Source: Octopus vulgaris (Eukaryota). Taken from it: a DNA stretch of 64,000 bases. Every line of letters starts with the position of its first letter. Position 1 is the stretch's first letter. Under the pieces are notes generated by a model. That model saw nothing but the letters and a program-made list of their open reading frames with translations, made no database searches and was not told the DNA's origin. The stretch covers positions 32,302,001 to 32,366,000 of the forward strand of contig OX597829.1 in assembly GCA_951406725.2 (NCBI GenBank). Direction: 5' to 3'. Both the position numbers and the translations under genes were made by a program. This document shows positions 11,595-26,076 of the stretch, in pieces.

Positions 11595-14053
11595 TAATAA
11601 AAGTTTATTAGCATTGACAAGACCAGACTTACAATTGTTTCAATTCATTACTTACAGCATAACATTAACCAAATATAATTTAACTAAATTAATTTGGTTA
11701 ATTACTACAAGTGAGAATATCTTCATGGAAGGATGCACAAGGAAATTTTTTTATATTTAAAACAAAATGAAAACATAAAACAGGAAGAATACAGGGCATT
11801 ATCATTGTTAAAAATATATACATAGTTATAAAAATTGATACACACACATGTGATTTTCAATTCCATCTATTATTTGAAATAAATTCTGAAAATTGTGACC
11901 AACGAATTAAATTAGATCAGAGGTAAAACTGATGATGTTTCACCTATATATTCATTAAGCATCTGGACATTAAATAACTCCAATTTTCTTGCAAATTAAA
12001 CCATCAATGAGAATTATGTAGATCTGATGAAATCAATCGTAGTATACTTGCAATGTAAAGGAATATTATATATTCTACAGAATAGTTCTCCACAACACTT
12101 ATAATAAATGTTCTATAATCATATTAATAAAAATTTATTACCATGAGGAGCTCACGTCCCCAAGTATTTTGTGATGTCATAATTAAATGTTGCTTTTTTT
12201 GTTGCTTCTGTGTATTATTTCCTGACAAAATCTTGTCAGGCCTTGTTAGATGTTAATTGAGATCATATAATTAATCAAAAATATATAGCTTATTCACTTA
12301 TTTCAGTTTTTAGAAGTTATTTCTTTACCCCCTTTCTTGGTTGTATTTATTTATCCCTCTTTATTCCTCTCGTTATGTACATATTTATTCTAGTTACCCT
12401 TATCCTCTTCTCTTACATTGAAAATTTATTTACTCTGTATTTGTTTATTTTTCATGGGAATGGTGAAGGTGAATAATTGATGTTGTCATTATTGTTGTTG
12501 TACACATGGCTATGTTCAACAGGGAACAAAATCAGATAAATTCAGTTTGCATGTCTTGCTTTTGCTTACAGTAGACAAACTGTCTTGCATTTATTATAAA
12601 ACAGCCAACTCCATTGGCCATGACTAACAGATCACCTGAATCACACTTCTCTTTCTTTTACCCTTTTTTGTTTTGTTTATGTGTTTAAAATTGATTTTTG
12701 TTAAATGTGCTATTATTGTTATCATTATTAAGAGTGATCAGTATTTGGGGTCTTCCAATTATCCCTAATTTTCTGATCCTATATGGTGGACTGTTTGTGT
12801 GTGTGTGTGCAAATACAGAAATTATTTGAATATTTAATACCAATGCTTATTATAATTTAATGTTGATAATTTTATTTTCTATTTCTGTCTTTTATGATTA
12901 AATAGTTGTTGATTTCCAGTTCATTGAAAGGATTTCTCAGTTTTATATTTTATATTGTCACTTGTAAATAAAACTTACTTTTTTTTCAATTCAATGTATT
13001 ACTCAAATAACACTTATAAAATCAGGTGCACATAAAACACCCATACTAATTATTTTATATATTCAAAACTTAATTTTTCAGTTCTGTGAATTAAACTATT
13101 TTAGCTAATTAATATTCTAGATTCTCTTTGTGTATATTGTATTACTAGGTAATATAAATGTTAGCTGTGAACTTATTTATAGATTAATTCATTTTACAAT
13201 GTTGTCTAGGAAAATAGTACATGATTACACATACAGGGGTTATATGTATTTTGTCTTACTGTAAAATTAGACCCTCCTGTAATAGGTTCACAGAACCTTT
13301 TCATGTTCACTACTTTAATATATGCTTCTTTGACCTATTGCTAATACATCAAATTATTGTCTTTGGAAGGATTTTAATTAAAGTATTTGTACAGCTGATT
13401 ACCAATTTAACATAATTAGTGATAGAGAGATGATAGATAGAGATGTGTGTAATCAACAGCTAAACTTTTTAATGTCCTAAAAATAGGGACCATGTACGTC
13501 ACTGAAAGAGTTCCCATGTAGTCCCATCTGTTTAATGTAGTGAAATTTCCCTTTTAAAAACTGCATATCTTTTAAAAATAGGAATCACACTGCCCAGCTT
13601 TTGTACAAATTAAATAGCCTCAATATAAAGCACAAATCCTCTATGTAAACTCCCCACTGTCTTGGAAATTTTTCAGTTTGCAAATCTTATATCAACATTA
13701 CTCAGTAATGGGAAAATATGAAGAAATTTTAAATATAATTGCTTATGTAATTTGCATAGCTTTACTGTAAACATTATCAATGGCAGATTTAGTTGAGCAG
13801 TGATCAAAATATCTTCTGGTATCTAGTTGTGTTCCTTTACATTCTAAGTTCAAATTCCTCTAAGGTCAACTTTTCTCACCCTTCTGAGTATGATAAAATA
13901 AGTATCAGTCAAATACTGTTGTTAATATAATTAAATTATAACTCCTTATATGTTGGAAATTTGTAATTTAATATTCATTAATCATATATGATTTAATATT
14001 CATTTTGTTTTCTATTAAAAACACTGAGGTTTTATGGTTGACTAATTCCTGTT

Positions 14054-14212
14054 TTAACCCTTTTGCTATCAACCTGCCTAAAATAACCTCTGATAGCTTG
14101 ATACAAACCTAGATGAAAGTAATCTAAATTAAAACCTTCCATTTAAATTTCATGTTAATTTATGTTCCAAATTAAGTAATGAGTTAATTTACTAAAATTC
14201 AAAATTAATTGT
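14054..14212 (+). mobile_element. Partial TTAA-flanked (piggyBac-like) MITE
   Basis: Starts TTAACCCTTTTGCTATC; the body is similar to 59809-60021. Confidence 0.5.
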
Positions 14213-14399
14213 ATCATCACATCTTCACCATCTCATCAATCTCCCACTGAGGTAACCCTATATCTCCCTCAATGCAAGATACCAATTTCTGTCCCTTTGT
14301 TCATACATGATCCTGTCATCACTTGGCACAAAGCCACCTCTCTCAATACTACCCCTGCCCTCAGTTCAGGGTGTTCTTGTCTTGCAAATAAGTTACTTG

Positions 14400-14590
14400 G
14401 TGAACTTCCCTGCTGCTAGTGCCACCTAATACACTCTGTAAAGTGAATGGCATCAGGAAGGGCATCCAGCTGTAGAAACATACAGCATACAGTAAAGCTT
14501 GGCACAGTCTTCTGATTTGCCAGCACTTGTCAAACTGTCCAACCCATGCCAGCATGAAAAAAGGATGTTAAATGATGATGATAATGATAG
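14400..14590 (+). mobile_element. RTE 3'-UTR-derived short element (aggaagggcatccagctgtagaaac...ccaacccatgccagcatgg...(TGA)n). Other plus copies at about 17840-18072, 19090-19275, 42428-42565; minus copies at about 22095, 22880, 23765, 51040, 62355, 63620
   Basis: Same motif order as the 3' UTR of the RTE LINE at 53608-53830. Confidence 0.75.
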
Positions 14591-15844
14591 GCAGTATATT
14601 TCAGCATAAAAACATCTTGTTTTGTACTTGTTTTAAATATTTTATCTATCTTGTTTAACAATTTAATTTACATTATATACTAAAATTTTAAAATAGGGTA
14701 TCAAGATACCCTATAATTGGTTTCATTGTTTCTGTATCAATAATAGCCCTTAATTAGCTGAGATAATGAACACATTCTTGTTTTAATGACATAGTCATAA
14801 GAAGACACAGTGTCTGTGTACCTTTTCTGAAATTCCTTGATTAAGGAAGTTATCCTCTTACCAGGGACTGTTCTATAAAAGGCACCCATGGCAGGTGGTA
14901 GCTAAAGCTTTCTACTCTTTGTTAGGTCCTTATTTATTTGAGGGTTTTTTTTAACCTCCTTCATATTTATTTGTTTTTTTTTACCCTCTTATTATGACAG
15001 AGAAGTGGTATCTGACTTTAACCTTAACTTTGTGCTATTTTTATGCAGAGAAAAATAGCCACACAAAGAAATATTTGTAATGATAAAAGATGTTTCTGCA
15101 AGAAATGGAACACATGACAGCCTGAGATCTTGTTTCTGACAGTATATTGGTGCTAATATTGCCCTTCCTAATGCTAATCACTCCAGTGTACAGAATGCTT
15201 TTTATATGGCACCTGCACCCACAGGGATAAATATATCTATGAAGTGCTATAAACTCTTGCTAAAAATATTTTGTTAACACTAATTACAGTAATATTTGTA
15301 CCATTTTAATCCTAATATTTACAAAATTCAATAGCTTGTTTTTAAATGTTAACCATTTACAGGTGTAAAGGGAGAAGAGTCTCTTCAGTGGTTTACTGTA
15401 TTTTTCATTACCTCAGTTCATCAATAACTATTAGAACTTCTGCATAGAAAGTTACCTATGGAAATCTACTGTATTATTTATTATTAGTTATTTGTGAAAG
15501 TAACATTGTTGATAATTTGCAATGAACCAATCTAGTTCACTGCATCTCTGGTGGCAGATGTTAGAAAAATGTCTTGACATTGGTGGACTTTGAAGAGCTT
15601 TTCCCCCAAGGTTTATATTCTAAACTGGTTGGTTTTTTCACTGTGTTTTCCACCATATAACATCAAATCCCAAAGGTGTCACAACACCTTAACTAGAAAC
15701 AACTGGTCCTGTTTTACAAAGCTAGGTGTTATAGTGTTTGAGCAGGCCTGGAGCTGATGAACTGAATAGAAAAGAGACGTGGGAGAGTCTAGAGCTGCCA
15801 ATGTGTTGACACACATCCTTGTAATGCTATGGTCATGATGTTCC

Positions 15845-16055
15845 TTAACCCTTTAGCATTTAAAGCAACCATATCTGGCTCAAATACTCTACATGTTTTA
15901 TGGTCAGATCTACCTCTCACACTTACCATAGTGTCATTTTAAAAATAAGCAATGGCATCATCAAATTCTTGAAGCAATAAGATAATGATTATTCAAAACA
16001 ATGTGAATGAATAAGCATTATATTTGATGGCATAATCTGGATGCGAAAGGGTTAT
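15845..16055 (+). mobile_element. piggyBac-like MITE (TTAA-CCCTTT...AAAGGG-TTAT)
   Basis: Short TIRs ccctttagcatt / atgcgaaaggg. Same family as 47288-47519 and 53426-53600. Confidence 0.7.
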
Positions 16056-16616
16056 GGATCACTGCACAAGAAGTCAAGCAGAGGAGTGTTGCAAAAATTC
16101 CAAGATTCTTTAATTCAGGAATGTTGTGATTTAAATGTTTCAGAGGGTTTTTTTTTTATATCTGAAGAAATAGTTTTATTGTACAAATATAAGGAAATGG
16201 AATATTTTTTGCTAAATTTCTTATATCTTTTGATATCTTTTTCTTCTTTTATTTTTAATGATTTTTTTACGACCTAAAAAGATTAGAAAAGTATACACTT
16301 AACTCAACAATTAAAGCATATCCTAAATAAAATTAAAGCAAATTAGGTGTTAAGTATTTCAAGGTTCTATGTTTTGTTTGGTTGTATTTATTTATTCTTT
16401 ATAAAATTGTATTTGTTTACATTTTCTTTTCATTGTGTATATCTATGTATGTGTTTATATACTTACTTATTGGCATGTAAAGTTAACTTAGATTGAATAA
16501 TGTGGATTCTGAAGTTTTGTTTTTGTTAATGTTTTCTGTTCTCTGCAAAGAAACATCTTGTCTCCTTGTCATGTTTTTTTTTACTTGTAATGTTTTTTTT
16601 CTATTATTTATTGCAG

Positions 16617-16674
16617 GTATGGGTAAAGAACTTGAAAACTTGATTCTAGAGAACACTGAATTATTGGCTACTAA
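16617..16674 (+). CDS. MAPK8IP3: JIP3/JIP4 exon, (G)MGKELENLILENTELLAT(K), start of leucine zipper II
   Basis: ttgcAG|GTATGGGT...GCTACTAA|GTAAGT, 58 nt, phase 1 to 2. Close to JIP4 GMGREVENLILENTQLLETK. Confidence 0.97.
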
Positions 16675-16859
16675 GTAAGTTACCTTAGTTGACTTTTTGT
16701 ATAATTGAGTGCTATGAAATCTGTAGTTAGCAGATTAATTGTAAAGAAACTGAGAAAGCAATTGGATATCATTAGGATTGTGAACAGGAGGGGTGGGGCA
16801 ATTTGCATTAGTAAAAACAAGGGAGATCATGTTGGTTTGAAAAGCATTGCAAGTTGTCA

Positions 16860-17190
16860 GCTCAAGATACATCTGTGATGCATTGTCAGTGTTGTATCCT
16901 GGAATAACTGGGCATTTGTGTCTTACAACACACACCCTCATCCAGGCAACCCAACATGAATTGATGAAGCCTAGTCTTGTGTCCAACTGGCATTCTGCCG
17001 TCCCCATCAATCACCTTGTTTCCGGTCAGATCCATCTAAATGCTTTCTCAGCAGCCTCTATATTGTTCTTTTTCTTTACACTCCTGTAATGCTCAGTGTT
17101 CCATAAACCTGCAAACACTTCACTCTCAACATCCAAGTATGTTTTTTGTTCCCAACCTGTTTTTGTGCCAGTTCTCTCCCAAAACTCCAT
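16860..17190 (-). mobile_element. Third Hero-like RLE 3' end
   Basis: YGTLSITGV*RK...EAAEKAFRWI, followed by a UTR ttggacacaag...gggttgcctggatgagggtgt...ccaggatacaacactgac. Confidence 0.55.
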
Positions 17191-18503
17191 AGGCAGGATT
17201 TAAATATGAATTGGTAATGAAAATAGGTGGAAGAACAGAGACAGGTGATTACAGTTGCTTTGTGATAAATTAAACTGCACACAAACAATTACATTTTGGT
17301 CATTTGTTTTAGCTTTCATGTGTAATGACATTGTACAGAGTGGTTGTAAAAGAGCATCAGTGTCATAAAGGAATGCTGTTCACTATCACTCTTCCATGAA
17401 AAATATGTCTGGCCATGGAGAAATATTAATATGCTTGGAAATGGGTAAAGGTATCTGGCCATAGAAAATTTGCTTCACCAAATTCTAATTAACCCATGCA
17501 AGCATAGAAAAGACAATAAATGATGATGATGATGACTTTTTGCAACAAATGATTCTTTTAAGCTGTATGTACATATGTCATGTAACTATAAAATGGATGC
17601 ATAGTTTGTATATTTAAGTCATTTAGTCCTACAGTAAGCAAAATGTATTTCAGGACTAAAAGTAGTGTATACAACTTCATGTTTAGTTTGATGTGATACA
17701 TACCAAAATAGGTTTACATATGACAGGAGACCATGACTCCTGGCAGTTTCTGTGCTTAAGAACAGACATCAAGCTAAATAAAATTGAGGTTGTCCTTTCA
17801 TACAGGCATGTCCCCTGCATTCCTAATCTTGTGGGCTTGTGGGTGCTAGTGCCATGTAAAAAGCATCCATACTAGTACCATGTAAATGAACTTGTGCTGG
17901 TGCTGCATAAAAGCACCCAGTACATTCTGAAAAGTGTTTGGCATTAGGAAGGGCATCCAGCCATAGAAACCATGCCAAAATGGTCATAGAGCCTGGGCAG
18001 CTCTTCAGCTGGCCAGACCCTGTCTAATCGTCCAACCCATGCCAGCATGGAAAACAGACGTTAAATGATGATAAAATGAAAAAATAATTGTACATATTTT
18101 TGGTTACTGGTGAAAATCAATGTGCACATCATATTATTTTTCTGCGTATAGACTATTTTACCATTAAAAGCAACATTATAGGATTAATTTAAAATGATTT
18201 TCATCATAAAACTGACATTGAAATTTTAATCACCCGTTGTGTGAGTAATAGTAATGTGGTGATGGTGACAGTAAGTTGTAGTTACTGCTTTTGCAGTCAA
18301 TTGAATCTTTAGCAATTATTTCAGTAATTGTCTTTATAGGATATTGATTTGATTGTTTTAATATCATATATTTAAAATTGAGAGGAAGTTTTAGGTAGAA
18401 AATTTAAAAACATGATTAATAAATTGATGAAAGAATTCAGATACACAAATTTTTTCTTTTATCATTATTTTTCTCATTTTCCTCCTCTCTCTTTCTTTTT
18501 CAG

Positions 18504-18560
18504 AAATGCTTTGAATGTTGTAAAAGATGACCTTATTGCCAAAGTTGATGAACTTACCAG
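18504..18560 (+). CDS. MAPK8IP3: JIP3/JIP4 exon, (K)NALNVVKDDLIAKVDELT(S), leucine zipper II
   Basis: ctttttcAG|AAATGCT...ACCAG|GTGAGT, 57 nt, phase 2 to 2. Confidence 0.97.
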
Positions 18561-19826
18561 GTGAGTTGAGTTTGCTCAGCAATTAAATTCAGTTTATATC
18601 CTTCTTTTGTTTGAATTTGTATATTATAATAGATAATTCAGTATGAATCTGGCAAACAAAGCCTGTAAACCATTTTGGAAATATTTTACATCTTTTCATC
18701 CATATTGCTCTTTCCTCTGGTATGAATATCATAATTCTGTCTTTTCTAATTCATCAAGGATATCACTAAAGCTAGTGACTCATTGATGAATGTAACTGAT
18801 TATGAAAATGGAAGATATTTATCACATTTTATTGTGGAGCATACAATTCTAAGAGAACTTTTAAAAAAAACCATGGTTCTTATTGTAAAGACAGCTTTGT
18901 TTACAGACTTTGAATGATTACATCGTAATTCTTTCATGCTTTTCATGGTATTTTTGAAAAAAATATTAGTATTCATTATTAAGTATTTTGCCATTAGTTT
19001 TGCAGTGAGGAACTTATTCTGTTCTGGTGTCTTCTTCCATACTTTAATCTGCCATCTCCTTGCATAAAGCTGTCTCCCTATTTACTGTAGCCCTATTCAG
19101 TGTTGATGCCATGAAAAATCACCCAGTATACTCTGTAAAGTGGTTGGTGTTAGGAATGACATCCAGTCACAGAAACCATGTTGCTGGAGCATGATGCAAT
19201 CCTTAAACCAATTTGATGATGTCAAACCATCCAACCCATGCCAGCATGGAGGATGGATTGTAGATGATGATGATTGCATAAGAATGATCAATAGTCAGTA
19301 CTCTCTTCCACTAAACACCTGGTTTTATATGTAGCATATTTGATGTTTATATTCTGTCTCAGACACAGCCATTAACCAAAGTTATCTAAATCATGGAATA
19401 CACCTTTGTAATTGTTGTAGTAGAAGGCATAGTGGGCGCATTCTTAAGAATTTTATATATTTAAAATATTTTATAATTTTTTTCATTACTTACATCAATT
19501 TGTTGAACTTAATATTTTTTGATACATTGGTTGGTAGATGTATCTGAGATGGTAGATGAATCGCATTATTGTTAAAATTTTGTATCTCTTAGATTGATAA
19601 AGTACGGGTTTCAGCAATAAGTTGAGTTGTAGAATGTGTGATTCAAGTGACCACATGTTTGTTCATATGTCTGCTCTTAATTCCATTTGGGAGATTCATC
19701 AATGTTACCACTTTCTCTTTGTCCTCCTCCTTCATAAATTTTGTTTTGTCTTTACAATAATAATCTGTAATGTCATGCTTGTGACAAATAAAATAATTTG
19801 TTGCTAATCTTCTATTTCTATTCCAG

Positions 19827-19974
19827 TGAACATGAAATTATGCGCGAGGAAATCAATTCTCTACAAACAGTAAAATCACGTCAAATACAGCGCATCTCAG
19901 AATTAGAAGATAACTTAAAGAAAGTGAAAGAAGAATTAGAGAAAAAATCTCAGGTTGCTCAAGCTGATGAAGAA
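19827..19974 (+). CDS. MAPK8IP3: JIP3/JIP4 exon, (S)EHEIMREEINSLQTVKSRQIQRISELEDNLKKVKEELEKKSQVAQADEE, coiled coil
   Basis: ttccAG|TGAACAT...GAAGAA|GTGAGT, 148 nt, phase 2 to 0. Confidence 0.96.
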
Positions 19975-20210
19975 GTGAGTGTCAAATTTTATCTTTTAAA
20001 ATTTTTTTAGTTATTTTATTTATTATAAATTGAATTTGTAATTTGTTGGTGAATATATATCTTTAACTAGGCATACATAAAACTGTATTTCTGGGATATT
20101 ATAATGCTGTATTTCTATACTGTGTTACTATGTTTGAAATCTAACAACTAAATGTTGCAGATGAAATTGGAATGTTTTGAAATTAACATTTTCTAAACAT
20201 GTTCTTACAG

Positions 20211-20401
20211 GATGATATTCCAATGGCTCAGAGGAAACGGTTCACACGTGTTGAGATGGCACGGGTATTGATGGAACGCAATCAATACAAAGAACGTCTT
20301 ATGGAACTACAAGAAGCAGTCAGATGGACAGAAATGATCCGTGCTTCAAGAGAACATCCAGATTTAGCTCCAACCAAGAAGAAGTCCTCTATTTGGAATT
20401 T
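20211..20401 (+). CDS. MAPK8IP3: JIP3/JIP4 exon encoding the RH2 domain, [50 protein letters not shown]...KKKSSIWN(F)
   Basis: ttacAG|GATGAT...AATTT|GTAAGT, 191 nt, phase 0 to 2. [39 protein letters not shown] is diagnostic for JIP3/JIP4/Syd. Confidence 0.99.
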
Positions 20402-23400
20402 GTAAGTATTACTTAAATTTCCATTATTTTTCCAGATTTTTATTACCATATTGAATAAATTTTTATTTTAATGTTCTAAATTTATCAAAATATTTTAAAA
20501 CTTAATTTTGAATAAAAGAAGAAATAAAAAAAAAAATAGGACCCCGACAGTATTTTCATTAAATCTTTTATACTTTTACTTTTTATGTAAATAAAATTAA
20601 TGTAGGTTTAATGATTTTTTTTTTATAAATTGTCAGTTTTCGTCTCGTGTTTTTCTGATTATGCAGAGAACTAATAAAATTTGACATATAAAACAAAGCC
20701 AAAAAATGTTCCCTTAACTTTAGGGTATAAGGGTCATATAAACTTAGAATGTTGCATGCATTTCATTTTATATCATAAGAATTTAGAAACTTTGAGAGAA
20801 CATGAAATAATTCATTTTCAGCAGTTGAACTTCTTGCTGAAGTCATAAATAATAGCATCTATATAACATGTAAATATTGAGTTTAAAATCCCTTTGCATA
20901 GAAAAGGTTGAGGGCTGACCATGGAGCTCACAGAAGATGACATATTTCGTGTTCTCTTGAAATTTTAAAATTTTGATGTAGGCAATATACAATTCTCACT
21001 GGTAAGATCCATGTTTCTAAAATGGATAGAGAAATTCGAAGGAAACATTTCATTTTTTGATATTTTAAATCTATATTTATTAAAACACTCTCAGATTACT
21101 TTCTTTTTATTTTATATCTCTATTTTTGAAAATGTTATTTGATACTTTTAAATAAAATTATTTTTATTATTTCAATACTTTTTTATTTAGCAATTAAGTT
21201 TAACACAATTTGCTTTCTGTTTTTAGTACTTAATTTTAGTAACTTCACTTCCCACCTTATAAATTTTTTAAACAGATTATAATGGAGCTATAAATACAAA
21301 CTGAAAACAAATTTAGCTTGAAATTTAATCATTTCTTCAGATTACTGTAGATTAATAAATAAAAGACACATATGTCTATGTGTGTGATGGTTGTTCAAGT
21401 TTATTATAAGAAGTCTGCTAGTCAGAACATTCATGTTGACATACAAATATTATAAAGCCTGGCAGAACAAGAATATACAGTTTCTTTAAGTTTGTGCTGA
21501 AGTTGGTGCTGACTGGACTTATGTTTTCATCAAAATGAATCTTTAAAAAGTTGCCAAAAGACTCTCCACTCTTTTTTGTTTTTTAATATGTTGACGAATT
21601 TAGGGACATGTTTTATATAGTGTCTGCATTTGAAATATTTTCCAATCACATTTAGGTTTGTTAATTCATGTCATTTGTGCAACTGCAATATGTATGTGTG
21701 TGTGTGCATCTAGAGAACTGTGGTGACAAATAGTTCATTGTTAGCTGCTAATATTTGAATTGGTTGAATACAAACAAGGGTTTGTTTACTGCCTGCTGGG
21801 TGGTGTTGGTGGATGCAGTGACAGTGTCGTGTTTAGTAGGCATGATCTTCCTTTGTGCCAAATGCAAAAATGCGCAATCAGTTTTTCTGTGTTGATGAGT
21901 TTTATAGAAGTCACTAAACAGATGGTTCTGTGTTAGCAACAAAGAAGGAAAAAGAAAGAGGGTAGGGAGGATAGTAAATCGTAGAAAAAGGAAGTGGAAA
22001 ATAAAAACACAAGAAGGGTAAACTGAAGATGAAAGAAAATGATACAATGTAAAACATGTTTGGATGATTGTTTAGTATGGTCATCTTATTTCAACACCAT
22101 CATTTAATTTCCATGTTCCATACGGGTATGGGCTGGATGGTTTGACAGGATCCAATGGGTCCAAGAACTGCATTGCGCACCAATGTCTGCTCTGGCATGA
22201 TTCCTAAGGCTGGATGCCCTTTCTAATGTTAACCACTTTACAGTGTTTACAGGGCACTTTTTCATGCCACCAGCAATAGTAAGATTGCCATACAGCTCAC
22301 AAAACTACAAAACCCTTGCTGGGGGAAGTGGGCAGCTTTATGTTGGAGATCAGGAGTTAAAGTATGAGAGAAGGTGATGGTGAACAGATTCTTCTAGAAG
22401 AGTTATATGACACAATGTAAATGTAAATGTATTAAAAAATAATTAGGTTGTGAATTGATGTTCCAGGTGAAGTATGAATGCTATTACCTGTTTCAGATAT
22501 TTACTGGAAACCTAATTGCAGCAGTACAAATACCTACTTTTTTCCAAACATACCTCTATATACCTTTTTATTAGCCTTCAACCTACATCTGCCAATGGGT
22601 GAAAGAGTCTTTCTTTGGAAAGATTGCCAAGAGGGAATGTGAACTTTCTACATACAAATGTTATATAGTTTTATTAATGAGTTAGTTGTGCAGCTAAAGC
22701 ATACCTTGTGATCTAGCTGTACATGAAGAAAAATTATAACTCCGTTTAGTATAGATGTGACCTTTTTATACCTAGTGATTGATGACAGCTCTATAAATAC
22801 TTTATTTTATGTATAAAATGTCTCTATAAACTTTTGCTCACTCACCTCAAGCAAATACTGTCACTTTGTAACCAACTTATCATCATCATCATGCATCTAC
22901 TTTCCATGTTGGCATGGGTTAGACAGTTTGAAACTGGAGAGCTGCACTAGGTTCCAGTCTGATTTGGCATGGTGTCTGTGGCTGGATGCCCTTCCTAACA
23001 CCAATCACTCCAAGAGTGTAATGGGTGCTTTTTATGTGCCATTGGCACAGGTGCCAGTTGCGTGAAACTGCATCAGCCATGATTATGGTTTCACTCACTC
23101 CCTTCAAAATTCCTGTGCCAAAATTAGAATATTCTTTTAAGATTTACTTTTTTTAAGATTTTTCAAATTCAGTTCCAGCCAATCTTGACATAACTTAAGT
23201 TTTCAACCCTTTTGTGATTGACAAATTAGTACTAATAGTATTACAAGTGTTGATACAATTACCTCTCTCTCTCTTTCTTTCTACGTGCAGTCTTGTATGA
23301 CTGAAAAATTGCTGATGCTACTACCTTCATCATGCCTACCACCTTTATCATAAAACAATGCATTACAGTATAAAGTTAACATTGAAGAACAACACTTAAT

Positions 23401-24174
23401 AATATATCCTTGTCAGATTCTAAATCTTTGGCAAAAAATATATACAGAATGTGTGAGTGTGTCCTTTTATTTTAAGATAAGTCTCCCGCATCCATGATTA
23501 GTGATTAGTTTTGATCAGTCATGCGCGTGCGCGCACACATACACACACACACACACACACATATAGTGTTGAAGTAATTGCTGTATTGTTAAGAGGTTCA
23601 CTGCACATGCATGTGATTCTGTGTTTGATCTTACTATTGGACATATATGGCATTGGGCAAGACTCTTTTACTCTGTGGGTTGCAAAATTCCTTATGATGG
23701 AATTTGGTAGACAGTAAGTGTGCATGCAGAAGCCTGTCGTGTGTGTTTGTGTAATGTACACATGTATATCATCGTCATCATCATCAAATGTCTGTTTTCT
23801 ATGCAGGCATGGGTTGGATGGTTTGGCAGGAACTGGGAAGCTGGTGGATTGCACCATGCTCCATTGTTGCTTTGATATGGTTTCTGCAGCTGGATGCTTT
23901 CCCAAATGTCAACTTTTTTACAGAGTGCACTGAGAGCTTCTTATGTGGCACCAGCAGGGTCATTCAGTAACTTGCAAGAAAAAAAGACTCCTCAACTAGG
24001 AGGAATAGTATTGAAGATGGCTTTGTGCTAGTTGATGAGAAATTAAAAAGTATTGTAGAGGGATAGAGACTGGTGTCTTCTTGTAGAAGAGATACATATA
24101 TACAAATGTATATGTATATAAATGTGTGTGTGTATATATATATAATCTTCACCATCATTAGCACCAAGCAGCGT

Positions 24175-24568
24175 TTAGGCATAAGCAAACTTTAGGTGAA
24201 TTAAAATATGTTTGTAACATATTTCAAATTCTAAAGGCAAATTCACTACATTTGATATGGAGAAAAAAATTCCCTCTTATGGTAAGAGGTGTAGAAACAT
24301 CATATCTGCCCAGTGCTGTCCCCTATCAGATTCCCAAATGCATTTATAGCCCTTTAGTTGTTATCAATGAGAAATAGTGAGGAGAAATAACTCTGAGCAG
24401 ATTTTAAAAACATAGCTTTAACATTGACTGAGTTGTGCCATGGGGCTGCCAAGTTGGAAGAAATTCAATAGTATTAGTGCCAAATAGTAATTAGGCATAA
24501 GCAAACTTCAGGTGGGTAAAAATATGTTTGTGACATATTTCAACTTCTAAAGGGAAATTCCTTTACAT
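24175..24568. repeat. Imperfect direct repeats of about 75 bp (24175-24250 and 24491-24568) flanking about 240 bp
   Basis: ttaggcataagcaaactt.aggtg..taaaatatgtttgt.acatatttcaa.ttctaaagg.aaattc occurs twice. Confidence 0.8.
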
Positions 24569-26017
24569 GATCAAAATTATTTGGTCCTCTGTACTCCATT
24601 CTCAAGACATTTCCTAACATATCCAAACAGTCTCTACAATATCAAAACTAAATTGTTTGCAGTTACGATATTTTAGTATATCAACTTGTTTTGTTATTTT
24701 CTTAATTATTTTCTATAAATTCTTATAAAAAATGTTTTAAGTTTCCTGTTATATAAATGTAGTTATTAGAATTCATTTTAATTAATCCTTTGCTTGTCCA
24801 AACCATTTTCATAAGTTTGTCCTAAACATCCACGAACCATGCTTGATTTCAGACTTTCAGTTAGCCCTTGTTTCATATGTTCTGAATAATGCTAAAGTTT
24901 CCTTTCATAAATCCTAAGTTACACTGGTGGTTGAAAAAAATAAGGGGGTTGTTTATCATATATGATACAGGGACACCAGGGAAATAAGTGCTGTATATCA
25001 CATGTAATACATAGGACTGGCAAAGGGTTAAATAAAGAAATTAGCTCGGCAACAAAATTAATAAACATGGAAGAAGCTTTTCTTTACATTGATTTAATAT
25101 ATTTCCATAATGAAACTGAATATTTTCCCTTTCTATTTTTCCCTGAATTTTCTTGTAAGCCAATGGTTGATAAATAACTTATATGAAGAATATATTTTAT
25201 TTTTTGCTCCTAAGACAATTGCATTATCGTTGTTGTTGTTGTTGCTAGCATGTTTAGCTTTCATTGTTGTACTTGTGAGAAGTATTTGTTCTATATATAT
25301 ATATAATATTGTTGTTTCTAACCTAATTGCTTTTTGTCAGTAGTTGTATTATTGTTGAACATTTGATGTCTTTTGTGCATAATGGGTATTATAGACTAAA
25401 ATATAACTGTCATACCATTTGATATTAAATATATATATATGTTTTAACCCTATTTGGGAAAAAAAAAATTCTCCAAGCCCTTAAAAATAAAGCTTGCATG
25501 TATACACATTTATTTTTTAAAATATGTGTAATAAAGTAGACTTTTTACTGAGATAATCTGAATCGATGGAGATCTATATATTCATAATGAATTGATAGAT
25601 ATGGAGGTAACTTGTGGACGTCATTTTATATCAGATAGTGGTAATCAAATATAATGATTAACAACTAGTTAAGTTACTTTGGTAGAGATTGTGTTTTCTC
25701 TTAGCTATATTGTGTGGTAAAATTTTAACCAACCACTACAAACTAATGGAACACTTATGGCTTTAATTTGTGCCTGTTCATGGTACTTTTTGACAACCCA
25801 ATAGACTAGGCCAGTTACAGCCAAGTGTTTTGGTCATCGACTTGATTGGTGAAGAAGATAGGATACAAACTAGCATCTCTTTAAACAGTAATTATATCTC
25901 ATTAACAAAATTTGCTCCCAGAGAAAAATTACCATTCTTAAATTTAAAACTTTAATTTTGATCCCAATTTAAAAACATATTTTCCTTTATATATATATGT
26001 GTATATGTGTGTATGCA

Positions 26018-26076
<59 letters not shown>

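Noticed and set aside
12572-12627. UGC-rich CAGTAG acceptor that would read VDKLSCIYYKTANSIGHD*
   Set aside because: No donor, no homology to JIP3 and no other support; worth only a quick junction check.
20982-21001. Possible 20-nt exon tAG|...CACTG|GTAAGA
   Set aside because: Poor pyrimidine tract, frameshifting, and no supporting homology.
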